DNA from: an uncultured Chloroflexia bacterium
GTDB lineage: Bacteria > Chloroflexota > Limnocylindria > Limnocylindrales > CSP1-4
Direction of reading: 5' to 3'
Assembly (NCBI GenBank): GCA_963780425.1
Contig: CAWABZ010000013.1
Location: forward strand, 68,644-132,643
Length of the DNA stretch: 64,000 nucleotides
The position numbers and the translations under genes were made by a program. Below are positions 1 to 7,526 of the stretch, piece by piece (within the stretch, counting starts at the first letter, position 1; every line of letters starts with the position of its first letter). The notes below the pieces were generated by a model that ran no database searches, was not told the origin of the DNA, and saw only the letters and a list, made by a program, of their open reading frames with translations.

Positions 1-945
1 CCGGTCCCTCGGTCGTCCTGGGAGCTCGGCGCGGTCGTCGGGGCGGCCTCGTGGACGGCGGATGCGGCACGGCGGGCCGACCCGGGACTGCCTGGGCGGA
101 CGGTCCGCCATGCGCCGGCATCGCCCCTGGAGGTTCGCGTCGCCGCCGCGTTCCGGGACCAGGGGCCGGTGACGGCTTCCGGCTTGCGGCTATCGACGGC
201 CGATCGGTCGTTCGGTGCCGGGCTCACCGGTTCGATCGAGAGGGGCGAGCTGCGCGGACCTGTGCGCCTCGAGCTCCGGGGAGCAGCGGGCCAGTCGTTC
301 GGGGCGTTCGCGTCCCCTTCGATCGACCTCACGCTGGTCGGTCAGGCCAACGACTACGTCGGGAAGGGTCTGTCGGGTGGCCGGCTCGTCGTCCGCCCCG
401 AACCCGATCTGCCTGTCGCGGCTGCCGGTGAGGCGATCGCCGGCAACACCGTGCTGTATGGGGCGACCGCTGGTCGGCTGCATCTCGTCGGTCGGGCTGG
501 CATGCGCTTCGCGGTCCGCAACAGCGGCGCGTCGGCAGTGGTCGAGGGCATCGGCGCGCATGGCTGCGAGTACATGACCGGCGGCGTCGTCGTCGTGTTA
601 GGCCCGGTCGGGGCGAACTTCGGGGCCGGCATGACCGGCGGGCGGGCGTACCTGTTCGACCCGAGTGGCCGCCATGTCGCCGCGCTTCACGCGGACAGCG
701 TCGCGGCCGTCCGTCTGTCTGAGGTCCTGCGCGATCGTGTTGATGGTCGCGAGCGCTTCGACGAGCTGTTCGCGCTGCTCCAGGATCACGCGGCCGCGGG
801 TTCGGTGCTGGCGAGGCGGCTCGCTCTGTCGGAGCGGCTGGCGGGGGAGACGTGGCTCGTCGAGCCGGTCGTGCCGGTCAGCTCGGTCGCGGCCGATGCC
901 GCGCCCCAGACTGTCGCGGAGGTCGCGATCCCGCTGCCTGGCTAG
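1..945 (+). CDS. gltB: glutamate synthase large subunit, C-terminal GXGXG domain (5'-partial, runs off the window start)
   Basis: Frame 1 is open from nt 1. Motifs ADRSFGAGLTG, GAAGQSFGAF, GQANDYVGKGLSGG, GMRFAVRNSGA and GAHGCEYMTGG are typical of the GltB C-terminal domain. Stop at 943-945. Confidence 0.85.
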   Translation, partial: PVPRSSWELGAVVGAASWTADAARRADPGLPGRTVRHAPASPLEVRVAAAFRDQGPVTASGLRLSTADRSFGAGLTGSIERGELRGPVRLELRGAAGQSFGAFASPSIDLTLVGQANDYVGKGLSGGRLVVRPEPDLPVAAAGEAIAGNTVLYGATAGRLHLVGRAGMRFAVRNSGASAVVEGIGAHGCEYMTGGVVVVLGPVGANFGAGMTGGRAYLFDPSGRHVAALHADSVAAVRLSEVLRDRVDGRERFDELFALLQDHAAAGSVLARRLALSERLAGETWLVEPVVPVSSVAADAAPQTVAEVAIPLPG

Positions 946-954
946 GTGGCCGGT

Positions 955-1050
955 CCCGCCCGGCCCACGGTGCTGGCCCGGGCCACGGTGCTTGCCCGGC
1001 CCACGGTGCTTGCCCGGCCCACGGTGGTTGCCCGGCCCCGGCCACGCTCC
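955..1050. repeat. tandem repeat, about 5 copies of an 18-bp GC-rich unit (CCCGGCCCACGGTGCTTG)
   Basis: Read directly: cccggcccacggtgctgg / cccgggccacggtgcttg / cccggcccacggtgcttg / cccggcccacggtggttg. It begins about 10 nt after the gltB stop. Confidence 0.85.
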
Positions 1051-1068
1051 CAGGCCCCCCACTCCTGG

Positions 1069-1445
1069 CTGGAACATCCCGATGTTCCAATCGGCGAACG
1101 AGGGAACCCGCATCCGCGGCTACGGCGCCCTCAGCTCCCCGCTAGCCGCCGCTTGGAACCTTGTGGATGTTCCAAACGGCGAATGAGCCCCCGCTTCCTG
1201 CAACCGCTCCTTCGCCCAGCCCCTGATTGGAACCTCGTCATGTTCCAATGGCAAACGGGGCCTGCGATGAACGCCGATCCATCGCTCTTGGAACATCCCC
1301 ATATTCCGTCGCGCACCTGAGCGCTCGAGCACAGCCACTTCCGGTGCGGATCGGAACTTCCAGGACGGTCCGAACAGCGCGTGAGGTCCGATGCGCGGCA
1401 CATCGCCGCGTGCTCCCGTTGAGTTCGTAACATCGGGATGTTCCA
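1069..1445. repeat. cluster of 5-6 hairpin-forming palindromic units TGGAACAT-N4-6-ATGTTCCA, spaced 60-85 bp
   Basis: Units at 1070-1089 (perfect 8-bp arms), 1154-1174, 1228-1247, 1289-1307, a degenerate one at 1351-1375, and 1427-1445. The first two units plus the sequence between them recur at 10886-11007. Confidence 0.85.
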
Positions 1446-1539
1446 CAGCCCCGAAACGCCATGGCTGGCCCCGCCCAGACACAGGGAAGCCCGGCAGCCC
1501 GCCCCAGCGGACCACCGGGCTCCCACCCGAATGGCAAGC

Positions 1540-1690
1540 GGTTGCGCACCAGGCCCGGTTGCGCACCAGGGTCCGGTTACGTGCCGGGCCCCGATTACGC
1601 GCCGGGCCCGGGCCCTTTGCGTGCCGGGCTCCCATTGCGTGCCGTGCTCCCGTTGCGTGCCGGGTCCCGGTTACGCGCCCGGCTCCCCGA
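1540..1690. repeat. tandem repeat, about 8 degenerate copies of a 17-18-bp unit (CGGTTGCGTGCCGGGCCC)
   Basis: Read directly: ggttgcgcaccaggccc / ggttgcgcaccagggtcc / ggttacgtgccgggcccc / gattacgcgccgggccc and so on. It lies immediately 3' of the minus-strand MFS gene and overlaps its last codons. Confidence 0.75.
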
Positions 1691-3341
1691 CGGCACGAGA
1701 GGTCGCGACCGGGGCGGACCCGGGTGCCGGCGCCTCGGCCCGCATCGGGACCTCCTTCAGCATCGCGACCAAAGCCGCCGCCAGGAGCGACGCCCCGATC
1801 CCGATGACGAACGTGTTCGCCGTCGCGATCGAGAACGCCTGGTGGATCGCATCGACGATCGCCGGTATGAACGGCTCGACCTGGGCGCGGAACGCCGCCG
1901 GCACTTGCGCCAGGATCGCCGCCCCAAGGTCGCCGACCCCCGCAACCGCATCGGGTCGGACCCCGCCACCGGCAAGCGCACTTGCCAGCTCGGGCGGGAC
2001 GTCCGCCGCGGCGAGCTGCCGCGGCGCCTCCTCGACGAGGGAGGTGCTGAAGATCGTCCCGGTGATCGCCAGGCCGACGGTCCCGCCGACCTGTTGGAAG
2101 AACGTCAAGTTGCTGGTCGCGGTCCCGAGCCGCTCGATCGGCACGCTGTTCTGGACGATGAGCGTGAACACCGCGAACGTCGGGCCGACGCCGAGCCCCG
2201 CGACGAACATCCACAGCCACAGCAGCGGGATCGGCGTGTCGGCTCGCAGGTTGCTCAGGAGGAAGAGCCCGACCGCCATCGTCACCAGCGCGCCGGTGAG
2301 CAGCAGCTTGTAGCGACCTGTTCGCGCGACGATCTGGCCGGCGGCTGTGGCGCTCAGGATCAGGCCGCCGAGCAGCGGCAGGATCTGATAGCCCGACTCC
2401 GTCGCGGACGAGCCGTTGACGACCTGGAACCAGCGCGGCAAGAAGACGACCGTCGCGAAGAACCCGAATGCCGCGAGGAAGAACGCGCTGACCGAGATCG
2501 TGAACGAGCGGTTGCGGAACAGGCTGAGCGGCACGATCGGCTCGCGCACCCGTGACTCGACGAAGATGAACACGAGACCGATGACCGCGCCGAGCGCGAT
2601 CAGGCCGCCGACGGACGGATCGGTCCAGTCGGCCGACTGCTTGTTCGTCAGCCCGACCAGGATCGGCACGAGGGCTGCGGTGAACAGCGCTGCACCGGCG
2701 TAATCGATGGAAGGTCGGCCTTCGCCGAGGTGGTAGGACGGCAGGTTGCGCCAGACGACCGCGAAGACGATCGCCCCGATCGGTAGATTGAAGAAGAACA
2801 CGAACGGCCATCCGATCGAATCGGTGATCAGACCGCCGATCGCCGGCCCGATGAGCACCGACAGACCGAATACCGCGCCGAACAAGCCCTGGTACTTTCC
2901 TCGCTCGGACGGTGCGAACAGGTCGCCGATGACCGCGAGCGCGATCGGGAAGAGCGCACCGGCACCGAGACCCTGGATCCCGCGGGCGCCGATGAGCTGC
3001 CACATCTCCTGCGACAGGCCGGCGAGAAGCGAGCCGACCATGAAGATGCCGATGCCGAACAGGAAGATCGGCCGGCGCCCGAACAGGTCGGACAGCTTGC
3101 CGTACAGCGGGCCGCTGATCGTCGAGGTCAGCAGGTAGGCGGTGAACGCCCAGGTGTAGAGATCGTTGCCGCCGAGGTCGGTGATGATGCGCGGCAGCGC
3201 CGTCCCGACCACGGTCTGATCGAGTGCGGCGAGGAAGACGCCGATCATCACCGCGCCCAGGATGCGCATCCGCACGCGGTGCGGGAGCTCGATCGGTGGG
3301 CGATCGACGAACGTCTGTTGTGCTTGGGCAGGTGTCGTCAC
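1671..3341 (-). CDS. MFS transporter, DHA2 (14-TM EmrB/QacA-like) drug:H+ antiporter family
   Basis: 556-aa ORF. N-terminus has LDQTVVGTALPRI, GKLSDLFGRRP and GIQGLGAGALFP; hydrophobic throughout. Confidence 0.9.
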   Translation of the reverse strand: MTTPAQAQQTFVDRPPIELPHRVRMRILGAVMIGVFLAALDQTVVGTALPRIITDLGGNDLYTWAFTAYLLTSTISGPLYGKLSDLFGRRPIFLFGIGIFMVGSLLAGLSQEMWQLIGARGIQGLGAGALFPIALAVIGDLFAPSERGKYQGLFGAVFGLSVLIGPAIGGLITDSIGWPFVFFFNLPIGAIVFAVVWRNLPSYHLGEGRPSIDYAGAALFTAALVPILVGLTNKQSADWTDPSVGGLIALGAVIGLVFIFVESRVREPIVPLSLFRNRSFTISVSAFFLAAFGFFATVVFLPRWFQVVNGSSATESGYQILPLLGGLILSATAAGQIVARTGRYKLLLTGALVTMAVGLFLLSNLRADTPIPLLWLWMFVAGLGVGPTFAVFTLIVQNSVPIERLGTATSNLTFFQQVGGTVGLAITGTIFSTSLVEEAPRQLAAADVPPELASALAGGGVRPDAVAGVGDLGAAILAQVPAAFRAQVEPFIPAIVDAIHQAFSIATANTFVIGIGASLLAAALVAMLKEVPMRAEAPAPGSAPVATSRAVGEPGA

Positions 3342-3387
3342 AAGGGCCTCCAGTGGTCCGTTTCCATCTCTCCGAAGGTAGCAGCCG

Positions 3388-3410
3388 ATTAGGAAGGATT
3401 CGTTCCTAAT
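3388..3410. promoter_or_regulatory. perfect 8-bp inverted repeat ATTAGGAA-N7-TTCCTAAT in the divergent MFS / WYL-regulator intergenic region (candidate operator)
   Basis: attaggaaggattcgttcctaat read directly. It is an AT-rich island in a GC-rich genome, placed between divergent starts at 3341 and 3410/3434. Confidence 0.4.
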
Positions 3411-3433
3411 TGCGTGTTAACGTTTCGTCAGCC

Positions 3434-4390
3434 ATGGATCCATCGGCTCGATTGCTGCGCCTGCTCTCGCTGCTCCAGACGCCGCGCGACTGGACCGGCA
3501 CCGAGCTCGCCGAACGGCTCGAGGTGACCACCCGGACGGTGCGCAACGACATCGACCGTCTGCGGGTGCTCGGCTATCCGGTGCACGCCACGCGCGGCGC
3601 GATCGGTGGATACCGGCTCGAGGCCGGAGCGAACCTGCCGCCGCTCCTGCTCGACGACGAGGAGGCGATCGCGGTCGCGGTCGGGTTGCAGACGGCTGCA
3701 GGCGGCGCGATCGGTGGGATCGAGGAAACCTCGCTCCGGGCCCTGTCGAAGCTCGAGCAGGTCCTGCCGCACCGGCTTCGGCGGCGGGTCAATGCGCTGC
3801 AGGCCTTCACGGTGCTCGTGCCGCGTGACGAGCGCGAGCCGACCGTCGACCCAGGTGTCCTGACGCTGCTCGCCGGGGCGTGTCGCGACCACGAGCGGCT
3901 GCGCTTCTCGTACAAGGATCGCGAAGGTGTCGCGACCCGCCGCGAGGCCGAGCCGTACCACCTCGTGAATTGGGGCCGGCGCTGGTACCTGCTGGCGTGG
4001 GACATCGACCGGGTGGACTGGCGGACCTTCCGGGTCGACCGGCTCGCACCCAGGTTGCCGCTCGGCGCGCGGTTCGAACCGCGCCCGCTGCCGGACGAGG
4101 ACGTCGCCGGGTACGTCGCGCGCGGCGTGGCGTCGGCGTGGAAATTCCGCGCCCGGATCGTCGTCCACGCCCCGGCCGACACCGTTGCCGAGCGGATCGG
4201 CCGATCGGTGGGCACGGTCGAGGCGCTCGACGACCGGACGTGTGTCCTTGAGGCGGGCGCCAACAGCGTCGAGCAGATGGCGGTCTACCTGGGCATGCTC
4301 GATGCCGAATTCTCCGTCACCGAGCCACCCGAGCTCGTGGAGCATCTGCGCCGGCTTGCAAAACGGTACGCCGGGTCGACCGCCGCCTAG
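3434..4390 (+). CDS. YafY/PafBC-like transcriptional regulator (wHTH + WYL domain)
   Basis: LLRLLSLLQTPRDWTGTELAERLEVTTRTVRNDIDRLRVLGYPV forms the HTH. A central WYL-like core reads YHLVNWGRRWYLLAWD. An alternative TTG start lies at 3410. Confidence 0.85.
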   Translation: MDPSARLLRLLSLLQTPRDWTGTELAERLEVTTRTVRNDIDRLRVLGYPVHATRGAIGGYRLEAGANLPPLLLDDEEAIAVAVGLQTAAGGAIGGIEETSLRALSKLEQVLPHRLRRRVNALQAFTVLVPRDEREPTVDPGVLTLLAGACRDHERLRFSYKDREGVATRREAEPYHLVNWGRRWYLLAWDIDRVDWRTFRVDRLAPRLPLGARFEPRPLPDEDVAGYVARGVASAWKFRARIVVHAPADTVAERIGRSVGTVEALDDRTCVLEAGANSVEQMAVYLGMLDAEFSVTEPPELVEHLRRLAKRYAGSTAA

Positions 4391-4917
4391 CGCCGGACCG
4401 CGGCCAGCGCTCGCTCGGCCTGTCCGATGTGAAATCGGTCATGCCCGGCAGCGAGCCGGACGATCAGGCCGTAGCTCTCCGGACCGCGCTCCCGATGGAT
4501 GCCGACGCGCTCCCGATCGGCCGGCGGGCGGGCCTTCCACAGCCGCAGGTTCGCAGTGCGCAGTGCATCGAACAGCGAGATCAGGTCGTCCGGATCGTCG
4601 TCGCGGTGCCGGAGCCCATCGACCCACAGGTCCTGGTCGTAGCCGACGATGTCGGGCCGATCCTCCGACAGGATCCAGCGCACGCGCGCGGCGGTCGTCA
4701 GCTCGGAGTCGACCAGGTGTCCGATGCACTCGACGACCGACCACTCCGTCGGCTCGGGTCGGATGCGGAGCTGGTCGCCCGCATCGCGGACGAGCTCGCG
4801 GAGTCGGGCGACAGTCGCCGCCTGGACGGCCGCCGGATCGTCGTCACCGAGGAGATCGAGGAGCTGGCGCCGATACGCCTCGGGGCTCTGGACAGGGTCG
4901 ATCGCGGCGTCGGACAT
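4387..4917 (-). CDS. DinB-family (DinB_2 four-helix bundle) protein
   Basis: The sequence from MSDAAIDP... contains WSVVECIGHLVDSE and ends in AAGHDRFHIGQAE, the His-rich DinB pattern. The upstream part of the 292-aa ORF looks non-coding. Confidence 0.8.
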   Translation of the reverse strand: MSDAAIDPVQSPEAYRRQLLDLLGDDDPAAVQAATVARLRELVRDAGDQLRIRPEPTEWSVVECIGHLVDSELTTAARVRWILSEDRPDIVGYDQDLWVDGLRHRDDDPDDLISLFDALRTANLRLWKARPPADRERVGIHRERGPESYGLIVRLAAGHDRFHIGQAERALAAVRR

Positions 4918-5065
4918 GGGTGCGATGGTGCCCCACACGACGCCGGACCGATAGACCCAGCGATCCGGATTCCGATGGGGCCAGCCCGTGCGATACCGAC
5001 CCGCAACCGAGCCGGTCCCGACTCGGTGCCGAAGTCGCGGTCTCCTGAGCCCTACGCTCCGCTCC

Positions 5066-5359
5066 ATGATGGGGAAGCGTCTCCCTGGAACGACCGTGGG
5101 CGGCTCCGCCGCCACGACGAGCGACGAGGTGATCGCGATGCTCCACCGGTCCGGATCGGACATCCACCGCCCGCTCGCGGTGCGCGACGGCGCGGGCGCG
5201 CCGGTCACCTGCGCGTCGTGCGGCTGTCGTCTGTCCCAGACCGGCGAGGCGTGGTTCCATTTCAACCCGCTCGGTGGTCGCGATGCCCGCGGCTGTCGGG
5301 TCGCCTGCGCCGACTCCGCGCACGACGCGACCGGTCGCCCGGTGTCGATCGCCGTCTAG
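5066..5359 (+). CDS. hypothetical small Cys-rich protein (CxxC ... CxxxC)
   Basis: Strong GC3 bias. VTCASCGCRLSQTGEAWFHFNPLGGRDARGCRVAC is present. No family was recognised, and the start is uncertain with a weak RBS. Confidence 0.35.
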   Translation: MMGKRLPGTTVGGSAATTSDEVIAMLHRSGSDIHRPLAVRDGAGAPVTCASCGCRLSQTGEAWFHFNPLGGRDARGCRVACADSAHDATGRPVSIAV

Positions 5360-5379
5360 AGCCGCCCGCATCCGGGCAT

Positions 5380-6105
5380 CTACTCGGCGCCGGGCGCCTC
5401 ATCAACGACGATCCGATAGCCCACGCCCCGGACCGCCACGACGTGCGGGCCGTGCGCGGCGTCGACCTTCGCCCGCAACCGTGCGAGATGCGGCTTCAGC
5501 CACAAAAGGTCGGGGTCGGTCTCGGCCGGCCAGCCGGCACGGGCCAGCTGCAGGTGCGGGACGATGTCGCCCTGTGCCCGGACGAGCGCCTCGAGCAGGC
5601 GGAACTCGGTCGGCGTGAGCGACAGTGGCTCGTCGCCGACCCGCGCCTCGTGCCTCCCGGGCTCAAGAACCAGATCGCCCGCCTCCAGCGGCCCCGCCGG
5701 CCCACCGGTTCCGGCCGAGGACCGGTCGACCCGGCGCATGATCGCCGCGATCCGTGCCAGCAGCTCGGCCTTGCCGAACGGCTTCGTCAGATAGTCGTCC
5801 GCCCCGATCCCCAGCGCGCGGACCTTGGCGGCCTCGCCGCTCTCACCGGACACGACGAGGATCGGCGCCTGCCCGACCGCGCGCATCTGCCCGGCGACGG
5901 AGAACCCGTCCGGACCCGGCATCGCGAGGTCGAGCAACACCAGGTCCGGGTGCTCCTCGCGGAACCGCTTGACGGCGGTCAGGCCGTCGTACGCGGTGAT
6001 GACCTGGTGGCCTTCGGTGCCCACGAGCGCGGTGATCGCCCCGACCATGGCCGGGTCGTCGTCCACGACGAGGATGCGAAGCGGTCGGCTGCTCACGGTC
6101 GGCAT
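5380..6105 (-). CDS. response regulator, OmpR/PhoB family (receiver + winged helix)
   Basis: ILVVDDDP, LVLLDLAMPGPDG and DDYLTKPF mark the receiver. The C-terminus is winged-helix-like (LTPTEFRLLEAL ... AVRGVGYR). Confidence 0.9.
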   Translation of the reverse strand: MPTVSSRPLRILVVDDDPAMVGAITALVGTEGHQVITAYDGLTAVKRFREEHPDLVLLDLAMPGPDGFSVAGQMRAVGQAPILVVSGESGEAAKVRALGIGADDYLTKPFGKAELLARIAAIMRRVDRSSAGTGGPAGPLEAGDLVLEPGRHEARVGDEPLSLTPTEFRLLEALVRAQGDIVPHLQLARAGWPAETDPDLLWLKPHLARLRAKVDAAHGPHVVAVRGVGYRIVVDEAPGAE

Positions 6106-6108
6106 CGC

Positions 6109-7437
6109 TCAGATCGCCACCGCTGCCGGGACGGCCACGACGAAACGCGCGCCGTGCGGTCGGGCCGGCTCGCACCACAAGTGCGCTCCCATCAATTCGC
6201 CGAGGCGCTTGGCGGCATACAGGCCGATGCCCGAGCCGCGGGCCGTATGCGTGTCGCGCCGCGCGTACGGCTCGAAGATCCGTTCCCGCCACTCGTCCGG
6301 GATGCCCGGGCCCTCGTCGGTGACGCCGAGGTGGACGATCCCCTCGACGAGGTTCCAGTCGATCCGGATGGTCGTGTCGGAGGGGGCGTACTTCACCGCG
6401 TTCTCGACGAGGTGCTCGACGATCTGACGGAGGCGGGACGGATCGGCCAGGCCGTGGAGCCGCGGCGTCCCGGCGGTGACGACGTGATGTCGGCCGAGCA
6501 ACGGTTTGAGCGACTGGAGCACCTCGCCGACCAGCGTCTCGACATCGACCGGCTCGACGGCGGCCGCATCCTCGGGCACGACCCGGACCGAGGCAAGGAT
6601 GGAATCGACCAGCCGGTCGAGTCGCTCGATCTGCTCGAGCGTCGCGTCGTGCCAGGCGGCGCGCGTCTGCCGGCGCTCCACGTCGCGCGACTCGCGCCCG
6701 TCGAGTTTCGGTTCGTCCGCCAGGAGGTCGGTGTAGGCACGCACGACCGCCAGCGGCGTCCGCAGCTCATGGGTCACGAGCGCGATCAGCTCGCTGCGCG
6801 CCTCATCGATCGCCTTGAGCGACTCGACGCGGGCCTCGGCCTCCGACTGCTGGCGGCCCTTCTCGACGATCCCTGCAAGCAGGTCGGCGACTGCGCTGAG
6901 CTGGGCCACGTCCGAGGCGCTGAAGACCCGCGGGTGCTCGGTCTGGACGTTGAGGACGCCGATCGTCTGATCGTGCCACGTCAGCGGCACGCTCAGCATC
7001 GAGCTCACGAACCGGCGCTGGTCGATACCGCGGACCCACAGGAACCGGGGGTCGGCCTTGACGTCCGGGATGACCAGCGGCTGCTGGCTTGCGGCCACCG
7101 ACCCGGTCACGCCTTCGCCGAATGGGACGCGGGCGCGGCCGATCTGGAACCGGTCGAGGCCGTTGGTGGCGGCGAGGGTCAGGTACGCTCCATCGCGGTC
7201 GAGGAGATAGAGCGAGGAGACATCGGCATGGAGGGCGTCCCGTGTCCCGTCGACGACGGTCTCCAGCAGCTCGTCCCACGTGCGCGCGGTCGTCGCGAGG
7301 CGAGCGACGTCGTGGATGAAGCGCAGCTGGTCGAGCTGGGCGCCATCGGTGACGTCGGCGCCGACCTTGGCCGGGGCCACGGTTCGTCCCCGCCCTGGTC
7401 CGTCATGTACGGTCGCTCGTCGCTGGGCCACGCTCAT
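6109..7437 (-). CDS. sensor histidine kinase with N-terminal GAF domain (no TM segment seen)
   Basis: The GAF-like region includes GEGVTGSVAASQQPLVIPDV. The H-box is LVTHELRTPLAV and the ATPase G-boxes are DEGPGIP and GSGIGL. The ATG at 7437 is preferred over 7539, which would overlap ppc. Confidence 0.85.
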   Translation of the reverse strand: MSVAQRRATVHDGPGRGRTVAPAKVGADVTDGAQLDQLRFIHDVARLATTARTWDELLETVVDGTRDALHADVSSLYLLDRDGAYLTLAATNGLDRFQIGRARVPFGEGVTGSVAASQQPLVIPDVKADPRFLWVRGIDQRRFVSSMLSVPLTWHDQTIGVLNVQTEHPRVFSASDVAQLSAVADLLAGIVEKGRQQSEAEARVESLKAIDEARSELIALVTHELRTPLAVVRAYTDLLADEPKLDGRESRDVERRQTRAAWHDATLEQIERLDRLVDSILASVRVVPEDAAAVEPVDVETLVGEVLQSLKPLLGRHHVVTAGTPRLHGLADPSRLRQIVEHLVENAVKYAPSDTTIRIDWNLVEGIVHLGVTDEGPGIPDEWRERIFEPYARRDTHTARGSGIGLYAAKRLGELMGAHLWCEPARPHGARFVVAVPAAVAI

Positions 7438-7526
7438 CACGATACAAGGGTAGGAACGGTCGCACCGCTGGATGGTTGCGGTCCGGTCGTGGCTCGGTTG
7501 CGGTACCGGGAGGCGGGCAGGGCGGC

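Noticed and set aside
1070-1089. The GAAC...GTTC palindromes might be LexA (Cheo-box-like) SOS operators, given the many DinB-named genes nearby.
   Set aside because: The arms are separated as GAAC-N8-GTTC, not the GAAC-N4-GTTC of Gram-positive and actinobacterial LexA boxes. The sites lie at gene 3' ends, not in promoters. DinB-fold proteins here are the thiol/metal-enzyme fold and are unrelated to the SOS polymerase.
1069-1445. The regularly spaced palindromic repeats look superficially like a degenerate CRISPR array.
   Set aside because: The repeat copies are too divergent from one another. The sequence between the first two repeats is itself conserved at the second locus (10886-11007), so it is not a spacer. 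Spacing is irregular (61-85 bp), and no cas genes or leader are present.
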